Assembly (NCBI GenBank): GCA_973895155.1
Contig: OZ316899.1
Span: forward strand, 14,759,934 to 14,823,933
Direction: 5' to 3'
Length of the DNA stretch: 64,000 nucleotides
Source of the DNA: Marsupella aquatica
Taxonomy: Eukaryota > Plantae > Marchantiophyta
How positions within the stretch are numbered: the first letter of the stretch is position 1; every line of letters begins with the position of its first letter. The notes under the pieces were generated by a model. The model saw only the letters and a list, made by a program, of their open reading frames with translations, was not told where the DNA came from and searched no databases. Positions 23,901-37,345 of the stretch are shown here, in pieces. A program made the position numbers and the translations under genes.

Positions 23901-26900
23901 TGTGACACGGGTAACGTGTCACTTAACCAAACCCAGGTCGTAGATTAGGTCTTATATGGTCATTAGGACCGTAGCCGTAGCATAGAATAGCACGTATAGC
24001 CGTCTGTTACCATTATGAATAGATTAGGAGTAGGTTAAGTTGACCGAATGATTATGAATCTAGGAGGAGAATTATTACGCGTGACCGAGGTACGGTGGTG
24101 GCGGCGGAGTAAAATCCGTTAGGAGCATCACGCTTGGACCGAGGCACCGACTTCAGCTCATTATTAACGACCAAAACGGCCTGGCCTTCTCACGCTCGGG
24201 CTCACCCTGGCACCTCCATAAGAGAGGAGCCGATGGCGCTGCGGGCCATTTGTTCATTTCTACCTTTCGGAATTTGCGGACGCTGCCATTCACTCGCCTT
24301 TTTGCTCGAATCAAGCTGACCTTTACAAGGAGATTATTGAGAGATAAGAGCGGGTTGTGGCAAGATTTAGTTAGGACAAGGAAGGCCTCCACCAATAAGC
24401 AGACCGAACAGCGGGAACGCGGACTCGACGAACCAGACTACAAAGGTTAGTATGACCCTTACAGCCTTGGGATTTTGGACCTTGTTTGGCGAGGTAGGTG
24501 CTAAGTTCTCCGAGACTTACTGGTACTCTTGTCCCAAGAAAGCCGCTTATGAACGAAGATACGCAAAGCTGGTGGCCAAGGTAGCATAGGTTAATTGCGA
24601 GAAGACAGCCATCACCAGAGATTCCAGCTACAACGAGCTGCGAGACTACATAACCGAGCTATATCTCAGCGAGGAAGGGCTTAGATCGGTAGCAAAGGCG
24701 ATTCTTGAAGTCCCTGCAAAGTTCTTTAGGCTGAAGGGCAGCCAGCGGCTTACTCAAGCGGAGTTCGACAAGATTCCGAGGTACCTAGACTAGCAGATCG
24801 CAGCCGAAAGGCGCCAAGAAGACATCAGCAGACAACGGGAAGCGGCGCGTAACCTTACGTTCCTCGGGGAAACGTCCAACGCCTTCAACTGGGATATGGC
24901 AACACCAACACCACCAGCGCCTCAGCCGATGACCACCAGTGTACCACCGAACCAGTCCCAAGTCCGCCCCGTGAACAACACCGAGTGTTCTTTGGGTTCC
25001 GAGCGAGTTAGTCCGCATCTCGAGCAGCGTTCTCGTAAGCGGGCAAGAACAACGCCAGCCCCTGAATCGACAACACAAACCAACGCCGCTCCTGCACCTG
25101 CCCCAACAAACCCCCCGGCCAACCAGACCCGACGGCCCCCGGATAATCCCAAGTCTAACTTATTATAGGTAATCCGCGTTCCCGAGGTAGTCTGGACCGC
25201 GATCAAGAAACTCAACCACGCGGACTATCTCAAGGAGCATCAGTTAGAGTAGTTTGCTCACTTGCTATGGAGACCGTGCGCGGCCAGGCCAAAGGAGATT
25301 TGTGAGTTCATCTCCAATTTTGACACCGACGCATCGACCACTAAGGTTTCAGGGCATACCTTATCACTCACGGAGCATCGATTGGCACAGATCTTCTACC
25401 TGCCAAGCGGGCCTGTGCCGGTTGAACTATGAATTTGGGATAAGGAGTATACACCTCGGCACTTCAAACCCAAAGGTAAGATGGACAACGGATACAAGCA
25501 GGGGTCGTGCACCAACTTAATCTGCATGGAGCGGCTTAACTTCATACGGACTACCCTACACATGATTGAGCCACGATCCGAGATTTCCCTCTGCACGATC
25601 GTGCAGGTGGAACAGTACAAACGGCGGAACTGGGCCCAATTCTTTTACCAAAGGTTCTCGGGAGAGCTTAAGCGGGCTCAGGGAGGTATGGCTATCGGGG
25701 GGAAGACTTACCTGGGAAGTTATATCGCCATCATCCTCGACTGGTACAAAGCACGGTGGGAGGCCAGGGGAAAGAATATGGCCACCTCAGCCCCGACTAA
25801 TGTCACCCCCGCCCCAGAAGAGGCAACCCTGAGCGCGCGGACTACCGTCCCTCGGGCAAACCCTGAGCCGGAGGCCCCGACTAATACTCCGTCACCTCCT
25901 CCTGTCAAAATTTTGCCGCCCCCTTCCGTCGAGCCTTCGCTACCCGCAGTACAACCACCCCCAATTCCTCCACCACCTGAAGAAACCTTCCCCTCCCCAG
26001 CGCAGACTACGGAGGAGATCGTTGCCCCGCCCGAGGAACCACCGGTACCCGAGAGGATGGAGGACTACCAAGTAGCCCCGGGGACCATGGCCTACGACCT
26101 GGTCTAGAAGTTTAGCCAGACTATGTCTGGGGAGCTGGCGACGTACATCGGACAACAAGTCTTGACGTACTTTCAACCAGCCTTCTTCATGTTAGAGCAC
26201 CAACCACGGATTGTTGGCCGCTTGGAAGAAGAACTCATGGCGAAGGGGAATGAGACCGGGCGACTCCAAATGCTGGTGGAACACCTCGAGGAGGAGGCCA
26301 CTACTTGCCGCGAGGAGTTAGCCCGCACCGTCGAATAGTGAGACGGACTAACCCAGGAGTTGAGCGGGGCACAAGCAGATCTCAAGAAGTTGGACGACTC
26401 AAAATCCTCGGCTCGGGTTACTAGCCTATCCGACCTCAACAACCAATTCTTGCAGGTAGCTCAGGAGGTGGCTAGTCTCTCCACCAAACGGGATAAATTG
26501 TTGGCGCAGGACCAGACCCATCGCGACTCCATTAACCAGCTCAACCTGGAGGTAGCTCGGCTCCAGACAGAGGCCGATGAAGCCGCAAACGAGGCGGAGG
26601 AGGCGGTGCGGGACAACAAGGCCTTGCAGGACCACGTTACCCTGCTCGTCCTCCAGCGGGGAAAATTTGGGCCCACCTCTGATCAAGGCGGCTCAAGGTC
26701 TCGCCCCAACAGGGGGATAAACCCTGGTCCAACCACAGGATGCACGTAAGGGGTGGTTAGCGAAGGGTGGAAGCAGGCGCCACGCGAGGCAGTGAGTCAG
26801 TGGCATCTTTTGGTTAGGCGTAACGACAGAATAGCCGTCATTAGGCGCCGATTAGCGGTAGTAGGAAGAATTAGGACCGAATCAGTTAGGATCAGCCAAC

Positions 26901-27725
26901 GTAGGATGGAGTCCATCAACGGACTAGATTTTGTCAGTAGGCTTAGCTGCTGCCATTCCGGTCGGCACCCTTGTCGTCGACGGTCAACCAGTCAGGGCGG
27001 CGCGGCCAGTTAGTCAGAGGGTAGTTAGTCAGTAGGTATTACTTTGAAAGGTAGTATCCTCCGGTTCCCTTCCGTAGTAGTTAGGCTTCCCCTTCCGCTA
27101 TGGGGAGGGAGAAGGCTTACTTATCTCAGCAGAAGAAAAGGCGAGACACGGGGAGTCCCGGCCTGAGTAGGGTCAGAGCGCACCAAGGAGTGAGAGCCAG
27201 AGTCGAGCTTGCTGGGCAAGTGCGAGGCAGGGCCTCGTAGAGATTGGGCATCGACTGCCGTTGGGCCTGTTGACCCCCTTAGAAGTCGAGTCAACCATGT
27301 AAACTGATGCTTCGCTGAGTAAATGTAGTCTTTTCCCTCTAATGTTTCCACGAGTAACTGGTGTTGTGTGTATGCATTGTCTGGGCAAAGGTGCCATTTC
27401 AAAGGACGTACCGGGTGCGGACTAATGGTAGGGATTGCCACCCATTGCATGTCACAAGGTTCTGTCGCGTCGATGGCTTGAAAGCCCCAAGCCGGGAGTT
27501 AGTCCGAGTCACTAACTGTGGGAATATTCCAGCGGTGGAAAACAAATATACCTATGACTAGTACAAGTTGCGTAAGTGTTATACCAGTAAGTATATTGCC
27601 TTAGCCCAACTAGGGGCTAATCGAGGCCGCTACACACCTCCTTGCCCGAACCCTCACCCCTACTAGTGGTCAAGGTCGCGCCATGGAGCTAACCTGGATT
27701 TAAGGCCCAGGTTAGGGACGCGACA
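23901..27725 (+). mobile_element. 3.8-kb solo LTR carrying a degraded extra ORF
   Basis: TG...CA ends, 5-bp TSD TCTAT (23896-23900, 27726-27730), terminal hairpin GTGACACG-GGTAA-CGTGTCAC, no gag/pol inside. Confidence 0.85.
24250..26749 (+). pseudogene. LTR-borne accessory ORF (Athila ORF1/env-like-type domain, Pro-rich linker, coiled coil), fragmented
   Basis: In-line ORF pieces separated by TAG stops; block MIEPRSEIS...GGKTYLGSYI matches MEPRGKIS...GGKAYFASHI at 28529-29032. Confidence 0.65.
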
Positions 27726-30700
27726 TCTATCTCGGCTGCGTATCTATCCAAGAGTCAGCTTCCTCCAAATCCTTCTGCCAAATGACGGCTTGTCCCTTCA
27801 AACCATCAATCTTGGTCCGGAGCCGTGCAATCTCGGCGTCCTTTCCAAGCTCGGCCTGCTCTGCTAAGGCTGCCGGGCCCTGGCCTCGACAACTTGATCC
27901 TCCATGGCCGTTACCTGAGGTCGCAGTTGTTGGAGTTCAATCTCTAGGGCCACCACTTTGTCCTTCAGGTAGGCAGACTCAACCCGGTACCGCTTTATTC
28001 TCTGTGCCATCTCAACCTGCGCATGTCCTGCCTTTACAGCCACAACCAACTCCTGGTTAAAGAAGTAGGCCACCTTTTGTGCCATGTATTCCCCCGTATC
28101 CCGTGCCATTTGTTGAGAGAAATCTCCCAACAACCCGTTCAGAAACGTGCCCGATGCAAAGAGTTCCGAGTGGTCCAGACTATGGCCATCTGGATTCAGG
28201 CACGAACAGACCCCAGACTGCGCAGGAGTAGGAGTGGAAACATCCAGCCCTTGAGGTAAGTCGGTCAAAGGGGCTGGTTCCACTGGAGCTGGGCGGTTCT
28301 CCTGCACAACCGTGGGGGGTGGCGGGATCTCCTCGGCCACCGTAGTATCGGGTTTGGGTCTGGCCTCAGCCGGCCTGGCTTTGATTGTGTTGACCCGGTT
28401 GATCGCGTCCAAGGTCGCAATAACTACATCTATGGGTACGCTTGGCGGGGCGGTAGCGGCCGGGGAAGTAGGTCCTGCAGCTGCCAGGCTTCGGGCTGCG
28501 GTCGCCTCTCCTAAGCCGGGAATACCCACTATGATGGGGTCAATTTTGTCTTGTTGCTACGGGGGAGGCTTTGGCGGTCAAAACGGCCGTACCACTCGAT
28601 GATGATCTCGATGTGGCTTGCAAAGTACGCCTTTCCGCCAAGGTATAAGGTCTTCCTTCTCCTCTCCATCTCCTCGTGGAACTTCTTGACAAAGAAGGAC
28701 GCCCACCTCCTAGGCCGAAAGTTCTCTACTTGTATGACCTGGGCGGCGGATATTTTGCCCCGTGGTTCCATCATGTGGAGGGCATATTGCTGGAACTCCA
28801 CGCATTCTGCTACCTCCAGGATGAGGCATGTCCTCATCAAGAATCCATTGTCCACTGCTCCCTCGGTCGGGAAGCTAGAGGACTGGTATTTAGCTCCCTT
28901 GCCCCCAGGAGCCCGCGACTCTACCCAATTTATCCCCTCGAGTAGGCCAAAAATCATCTTCAGACGTGCCTCATTGAGACACACCACTCTCCCGTGCGCT
29001 CGAGTTTGTTGGCGGGCCTTGTCAAAGTTCATATCCTAAACTCCGTCATATCCTGCCCGTAGTACCTACTTCCATTCCAAGGAATGGTTGACAAGGGCTC
29101 ACAGTCCTTGATAGAGAAGATTGAACTCGTTTAATTGACACAAGTCATGAACTAAGTCTAAAAGGACTGTACAAGACTCGCTCCTGCGTACACTCCTTTC
29201 AAAAAGGACCAGACCCTCATCTAAGATTACTTGGATTAGAGAGTGACTGTGCAATTACCAACAAGAGATTGCTAAAGGTTCCTCATCATTTGCAGATGAC
29301 ATTTGCCAATAGAGGGTTTAGTGAAGACTTACCAGTGAGAAACTGAGAATTGCTCAAAAATATGATTTGCGGCTGGTCTTTCAAGTCTGCACAAAGAGCA
29401 TGGAGGAAGTTTTAAACACAAAAGGCATGAAAATCACGGTATGCGCATTGCAAAATGTAGACCAGATCTTCAACATCCACAGAATCTATGACTTAAAACG
29501 TTATATGAGGCATAGGCATATTGTAAAGCTTCTTCTTTGGCCTAGCATCTACACCATCGCAATTTGGTGGAGGTATTGTTGGTCCATAAGGGCTTGGAGT
29601 CTTCAGTGAAGAGTATGTCTTAAAGGTGACATCTGCCTCTGGGGAAAATGGGAGAGTGGCACTAGGCGTTAGCACATCTTGACCAGGCTTAGCACTCAAC
29701 AACGGTATTAATTTCACCTTCATGCTAAAATCTACATCACACTTCCGTTTTTCCCCTGAATCCTCATCCTCAACCTTTGGTGACAACATGACCATCTTGG
29801 ATGATCTGTCTTCACCACCGCAATCCTCAATAGCTGCATCCTCAACCATGGAAGAAGGTATTATAGAAGCCAAGCTAGATCGTTCACCACAAATTGGTCA
29901 AATTATCCACAATGACGTCCACCTTGACATCATCCTCTGGTTCCGCATAGTCGTGGAACTTGACTACCTTAACACCTAGCTCCGGCGTTGCTGACTCCAA
30001 CGCCAAGCTCCCTTATGGTCCAGGCCCGGATAGGCCATCCGGGGAGGACTTAGCATGGGGAGACTAATGGGCAATGAGACGTGGCACTAGCGAAGGCAAG
30101 GAGCCAAGCTGGTGACACACACTAAGGACTTAGGTGAGCTGAGAGCTGGTTGGGTTAGGGGGAAAGGGGCCGGACTCAAGGTCGGCTGTCCGGGCCCCCA
30201 AACAAACTTTGAGTTATGAGGGCTTGAGTGAGAGCTCCTCTTGGGCCCAAGGCCAATGGAGTTGTCGCCATGGGCAACGAACGCTTGGGGCGTGAGTTAG
30301 GACCCGATCCGTGTTTGGCCGATCGGGGAACACGAGCGGCAATGAGACCTAAGGGCCTAGGCATGAGCACTGGGTCGGCCCAATCACAATGGGCTAAGGC
30401 ACTCCACTTGCAGACGCCTAACAAGAAAGTTATGGGCGTTGCCAATTGGTGGTGCGCCCACTATGCGCGATAGGATCCGGGTTGGAGGCCAAATGTTTAG
30501 GGACCAAAGTTGGTCCGTGGGTGGCAGGTATTCGGAAGCATATATGAGGGGAGTGGTGTCTCCTTGGGGGCCAAGGGCGAGCCGGAGTCGTGAGCCACGG
30601 CGGTCGTGACACTAAGGGAAAGCGCCAAACGGAAACGACGATATCTTCTCAACGGGAAGTCCGTTGGAGGACTTCTTGGGTGCGTTGGAAAGCTCTCAAG

Positions 30701-31765
30701 GAGGAATACATCCTCTTGAGCTAAGCTGGGTCTGGGGGTGCCATGGGTTCTCGAGGTTTGCGGGTGTTAGCTCGCTCGCTTGCCAAATCCTGCCGAACAG
30801 CAGCCAAGCCGCGTTCAGTATCCCAAGGGAGCTGGCGCAGGGGAGGCAAGGCCAAATAGGCATGGAGGTTGAGTTCCAAGGGTGCTCGGCCCCTAGACCA
30901 TCAGTGGAGCGAGAACCAAGAGTTGGTTGCTAGAGTCAGGATCATTCTGGTCCCGACGTGTTGTGACAAGCTTAAGGACAAGCTACACTATTTGGGCCAT
31001 GAGCATGTCTAGGGGTCAGGGCGGTCAGTAGGTGATGGATAGGTACGAGGGGGAACCCGGGCCGCGCCCAAGGAAGGAGCTGTTTTGGATGAACAATGGG
31101 CGTGGGTTCTGGTTCCGGCTTATGGCATCGGGAGGACCTATCGCTGACCTATTTACCAATGTCTATTGAGCTTGAGTTAAGATGCTAGACTTGGCAAGTT
31201 CTAGATCCTGAAGGGTTACATACTGAGGTGCTTGGTTGCTTGTGCAGACAGTGAGGACCGTTGAGAGCAGCAAAGAGACAGGACAAAGTAAGAGATAAAA
31301 CTATGGTGTAAACAGCGGTGAGTAAGGGCATCAGGTCTAAGAAACCAAGCAAGGCGGCATGAATTTGTCTAAGTAACAGGGATAGATTGGGAAAGGAAAA
31401 GTAAAAGGGCAGATTGGAAGATCCAAAAGGAGGAAGCAGGAGAAGAAGGTGTGGTGGGCAAGAGCTATTCATGTATGGAACCTGCTAACGGCGCGGGGAA
31501 GGGATGTATGCAAGTCTGCTAAACTTGGCAATCATGGAGTGGTAATTCACGGGATAGGGGCGGAGAGACATTGCTGGCACCACAAAGGAAGGACGGATTG
31601 AGAGGTGAGAAGGAACCCTTTACTTTGAGTACTCTTTGAAATCACGGCTTAAGCAATGGCGCCGATAGGCAAGGATAATGCAGGATATAGCAGGTAGGAC
31701 TCACATAGCTTGACTGCGCACCTTGGCCGGGGGCCCGGGATGCTCATGACCGTCGCCTTTTTTTT

Positions 31766-33636
31766 GTGGCCCAACAACCCTTTGACTTGTATGCTAACTC
31801 AGACAGGGCACGTAAGCGCCTGGCGGATCCAAGGGAGACACAAGAAAATAGAAACAAGCCTGGGATTGCAAGAGATAGTGAGATTGCATCGAGCCTTGCA
31901 AAGAGCAAGGTTAATGAGCGCAATTCTGAATCTGCCAAAACCCCTGAAGTAGAACCTCAGTCCATAAGACCTCAATTGGATGAGGAAAGGGCCCCGACAG
32001 AGCGCAAAACGCCGGATAATTCAGAAGGACAGGAAAGGGAAGTGGTCTTGGGTAAATGCATAAACATTTTAAAGGAGATCACGGACAATACAAAAGGTGA
32101 ATGGAGCTCTAAGCTATTCACCACAGTAGAATGGAGTCTGGAGGAAGCGGCGTGCAATGTAAAGCAATTGTACAAGTGTGCAATGCTGTGCTATTTTATA
32201 GACTGGACTCTGATGCTGCCAACATTCCGGGCATGGGTGGAAGAATGGATGGTAGAGAGGCAAGGTTGGCCAGTGCTGCAGGTGATGTTTGTCGGGAAAA
32301 GCTTCTATATGATTGTATTTGAAAATGCGGAGCATCAAGACTTGGCTTTACGGTGTGCACCGTGGTTCCTGGAGCGGAAATTAGTATTTACTTTCCCCTG
32401 GGACCCTTCATTTGATATAAGGTCTACAAAATTTACCAAGCTACCAATATGGATTGAGCTTCCTTTTTGAGCTTTGGTACTTGAAGGATGCAGGATAAAG
32501 ATTGCAAAATCACTGGGGAAGCTGCTACATTACATCCAAGGTGATGATTACAACTCCTATCCACACGACAGGGCTTGCATTGTCTAGGATACTGAATGCA
32601 AAGTACCTCAAAGTGCACGAGTCAAAATAAGGGAGCCGGATATAATTATCTGGCAACCCATTTTGTTTAAGAACATTCCTTTTCATTGCTTTAAGTGCAA
32701 TAAGAAAGGGCATTTGGCACGGAAATGCAGGGAAGGAAGGGATGTAGTTGCGGAGGCTGATCAGGAGAACAAGGGGGAGGCAGTGGATGACACCCCTGAG
32801 GAGCTGGATGTGGTAGCAGAAGGATACCCAGAGGAGGTATTGAGGAGGCAATTAGCAATGAATCTTTGGGTGCGGAAGGGAGCGGATTTGGCTGCTACCA
32901 GGGAGGGCAATATGGTAACTGCGGATCTACTAGCGGTGGAATCACTGATGCGAGAGGAAGCTGTTGCCGTTCCCGTTGCCACTAGAGCTGGGAACGGGCA
33001 ATTAAGCATTTCTAAAGGTGTTGACCGGGGAGAAGGAGACCCGCTGCTGCTGCCACCTTGCAAAGGCGGGGGGCACCGGAATTGGTTACACATATTACAC
33101 TACCACCCAGTGTGCTCGATGCTGGGGCACAAAGCTTTGCGCCTGTCAGGATTGCCTCAGCAATTGTTGATTTGATTGAATCACCCAGTGAGGGGGATGG
33201 TGCAGATCCAAAAGCTTATTCATATCACGGTGACATGGATGCTGATATGTCAGAATATGAAGATTATGTATCCGGTAAAGGGAAGGAGAGAGCCACGAAG
33301 TTGAACAAGAGGACACCTCCAATACCTCCAATAACCAAGAAAGATCGAGCTCCTCAAGAAGCTAAAAAGCAATGTTCCCTCACTTTCTCACAGTTGTCTG
33401 TGCTTGATACAGGGCTCAGCAAGCTGCACGCACATGGGACGGAGGGAGATCGACTGATGGTGGATATTGCTACCCCAATTGGCATTGATGGTGGGGGAGA
33501 AATGGAGCTTGCTTCTCCACACACAATGGACTTACTGATGGATGAGACACGAGAAATTGATATTGCAATGCCAAGAAGACGTAGAAGCGGCAGCATGGGT
33601 TTGGGTACGTCATCGGGTGGTTGGGTCCGACTGTAA
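31766..33636 (+). pseudogene. LINE ORF1 (DUF4283-like + CCHC knuckle)
   Basis: APWFLERKLVFTFPWDPSFD..LPIWIELP and CFKCNKKGHLARKC; internal stops and frameshift. Confidence 0.85.
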
Positions 33637-33699
33637 GCTTAGAGAGATTTGGGGGAGACCGGCTTTTAAATGGGTGGGTTGTTGAGGGCTGCCTCCTAG

Positions 33700-36234
33700 A
33701 ATGTGTGTGGGCTGTGCAAGCCCAATAGAAAGACTGTGGTGAAAAATTGGATAGAATCGCGGAAGGAAAGGCTGGATATTTTAGCATTGCAAGAAATTAA
33801 AGCTGATCGGTTTAGGCTAGACATTGCGTTGAGAGCAATACTGCCTACGTATCGGTGTGTCACTTTGATACCAAAGGAGGGATGGGGAGGCACTTCTCTT
33901 TTGCTACACCCTGCCATTAAAGTGGTAGCTTGGGCGCGCAGTATGGGCACTTGTAGTGTTTGAAGAGTGCAATTTTGGAATTGTGAGCGTGTATGCTCCC
34001 AATTCTCCCAAACGGAGAGCGATTCTATGGAATGAACTAAAGTTACTGCTGCCCTAGGCAAACTAGATTGTGTGTGGGGACTTTAATATGACCAAGAGGC
34101 GAGTAGATTCTACTGGGAACTCTCCCTTTACCAGGGGCCGAGAAGCTGAGTTTTGGCAATTCTTTAAGGTGAGATTTAATTTGGTAGATGCAATCCTCCT
34201 GAAGGGAGCAACAACTAGGGCATGTTTTACCAGGCGCAGGAATAGAAACGGGAGTATGGTTCAATCCCGGCTGGACAGGTTCTATTTTAGTGACAATGGA
34301 GACTGGATCGAACAGCTACTGGAGCTTGAGCATGACGGGGGTTCGGCCCTCTCGGACCATGACCCTATTGTGATAGGTGTGCGACTGGTCAAGGGTCTGA
34401 GGGGAGACAACCCTCAGGCTCGGATTAGACTCTTCAAGGCAAATCTGACACTAGTGTTGGTTGAGGGTACAGTGGAGGCTTTGCAAACGGCATGGAATGA
34501 GGGGAAAGGGGAGGGCTCTGAACCAATACTGGTGTTTGACAAGGCTAGTAGGAATTTGAGATGAGTTAACATGGTAAATCAAGCATCACCCAAGGAGCAA
34601 GAGGTAGAGATGTTGCTTCTACAAAATCAGCTTCGTATGCTTAAGGTTGCGATTATGGAAGAAAGTTCAGGAATTGAACTGCAGGAGTACATTGCAATGG
34701 AAGACTTATTACATGCAGTGGAATTAGAGGAGGCCCATCAAGTAAGACAACTGGCAAGAATCAAGTGGCTGGGGGAGGGGGAGGAGCCCTCCCAATTTTA
34801 CTTTGCAATGCTAAGGGCTAAACGGGAACACGAGGCTATGAAGAACTTAATGCTAGAGGGAGGGATGGTGATCACATATGCGGGGACGATAATGAGGGAA
34901 TTCAAAAAGGTGTGCCTTGAGCTATATGCCCCCAAGGCTCCCACTACTCGTGAGAAGGGAATTATCCTTAGGGAGCGCAGCAAACTGCTAGAGCACACTT
35001 GGGCTTCTTTATCCACTGCGGAGACTGCAATGCTCGAGGGGCTACCAAGTGCTAAGGAAATCCAAGAAGTGCTATGGTTACTCCCGAAAGACAAAGCCCC
35101 TGGCCCGGATGGACTTTTGGTGGAGGTTTATCAGGCATGTTGGGAATTCATGAAAGAGGATCTGATCGCCATGATACAAGAGTTCTGGCTGACTGGGAAG
35201 CTGGCAAGCGGGATCAAAGAGGGGACGATTAAGCTCATACCCAAGAAGCCTGATAAGAGAATGTTGAAGGATTGGAGACCTTTAACTATGCTGAACACCA
35301 TCTACAAGCTGATTGCTAAAATATTGGCACTCCGACTGATTAAGATTCTGCCACAACTTATAAGCCTGCAATAGACTGGCTTTATCCCCGAGAGAAATAT
35401 TTTGGAAAATATTTTGCTGGCCTGGTTAACTTTCGATTGGCTGAAAAACAGGAAGCATGAGGCGCTATTTCTAAAGCTAGATTTTGAGAAGGCGTTTGAT
35501 AGAGTAGACCATGATTACATATGGGAGATGATGCATCTGTTAGGCATCAGTAGCCATTTTATTAAACTAGTCTTGGCCCTGTTGACAAATGCAACGTCAA
35601 GGATCTATCTAAATGGGATGTTATCCAATGAGATAGGACTTAAAAGGGGAGTTAGACAGGGTTGTCCCCTATCACCGTTCCTGTTTGTAATTTCCATGTA
35701 GTCGCTAATGGATTTCATGGATGCAGAACTAGCAATGGGTAGACTTGCAAGGATACAGGTTTCTGAGGCACTTAGAATTTGTTACCATTTTTTTGCGGAT
35801 GATTTGGGGGTGTTTATGCCTGCCACGGAGAGGAACTTTCAGCAGGTTACTGCTATAATAGAGTGCTATGAAACTTCCACGGGGGCCCAACTCAGCTTGA
35901 GGAAATCGATAATAATCCCAATAGAGTTGGGGGATATATCGAGATGGCTCAGGGACACGGGATGTGTGATCAGTGGGAGGGGGGAGCTGCAGAAATATCT
36001 TGGGGCTCCATTAGGTGTGGATTGACGACGGAGCAGCTGCACAGCTTTGTCCTGGACAAAATTGGACAAAGACTATCCTCATGGGCAAAACAAGCTTCTG
36101 ACATTCACAGGACGATCACTGCTGGTGAGACACATTTTACAGGCCATACCGATTTATCACTCCATGTTTCTTAAAGCATCCAATGGGTTGGCAAGAAAAA
36201 TGACGGCACTGTGCAGAGATTTCTTATGGGGTTA
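33700..36234 (+). pseudogene. LINE ORF2, APE endonuclease + RT part
   Basis: LALQEIK, CGDFN, SRLDRFY, SDHDPI; KAPGPDG, WRPLTMLN, KLDFEKAFDRV, GVRQGCPLSP, FADD. Confidence 0.93.
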
Positions 36235-37345
36235 TGTCACTTGCCTCTCCAACGGTTAATACGTGCAAACCGCACTTTTCTTCGCTTAAACCGTTGGTAT
36301 CGTATTACGGGGTCGTGGAGGGACGCTATTTGGATTCTTTTCACACCAGGATGAGTATTTTGGTTTCCGCTCCCGGAAATGTAGGTTTTGATCAAGTCTA
36401 CCGACTACCCTCACCCCACAGCTTTTGATCAAGTCCTGCCGACTACCCCACTACACCTTCACTCGGAGTCACCCAAAGAGTGCTGTCACCACCCCTACTC
36501 ACAAGGCCGACTCAAACCAAGCAAGTTTCTTCAAATCATAGAACGGGAGAACACAATTCGGAAAGCGAAAAAGGGAGAAGGAACACACAACAAAAGCCCA
36601 TCAAGTCAAATGTACAGATCCATATCTCTTGGGAAAAACGATACACATTGCATGAGTAACCCGGCCTCCTGCCGTCTACTCAACTCCTGCCTCTCCGGAC
36701 AATGAGTATGGCTCCCCCTCACTACTCTGAACACGCTTTCAAACTCCTCAGGCTCCACTCTATCCCTCCTTGCTAACTTCACACTGAGTCCCCCTAACTA
36801 CTTCGGGGCTATCCCCCTAAATACTGAAAAATCACACCAAAGCACCCCTCACAGGGTCACAACGGTGGCGGCTACCCTAGCGGCGCCGCTAAAACCTTGC
36901 ACTAAGAGAAATCCTTAAACTGAAGAGGAGCATGCGGCACACACATGCTGCTAAAACCCTAAACCCAAAACAAGGGGGCCGACGGTGCCTTCGACGGCGC
37001 CCCAACAGTACACGTGAACCCTGAAAGTGAGAGGCACCCCAAAATGGCCGAAACTAGGTGCCCTTCCAAGTGCACACCTGAGCTCACCCCTGGATAGCTC
37101 TTCTTTTCCTGCTTCCGAATCACTAAGTCGCTCCCTCAACGGACTTCAGACGCCTGAGTTATGGCCGTTTCCGTACCGCAAAAACATAAGTTCTCCAGGC
37201 CATAACTTGCTCATCCTGGCTCCGTTTGAGGAGCGCCGCCTCTTGTTGGAATCAGCTCCGCGAGCTCATCCCAACAAGCCCATGAGTGACCCCCCACTAA
37301 AATGTTGGAAATCTGGAGGCCGTACACCCACGTCCGTACGCCTAT

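Larger units (their letters stand above)
22747..29090 (-). mobile_element. Truncated ORF-containing giant LTR, interrupted by the solo LTR at 23901-27725
   Basis: Left end TGTCACGTCGTTAGCCTGGGCCTTAA resembles the reverse complement of the 27725 terminus; ORF pieces 28529-29032, 27864-28529 and 23640-23879 are homologous to the 25481-26749 protein; right boundary approximate. Confidence 0.7.

Noticed and set aside
29100-31700. Short ORFs between the truncated LTR and the LINE
   Set aside because: No recognisable motifs; the missing 5' parts of copies B and C were looked for here and not found
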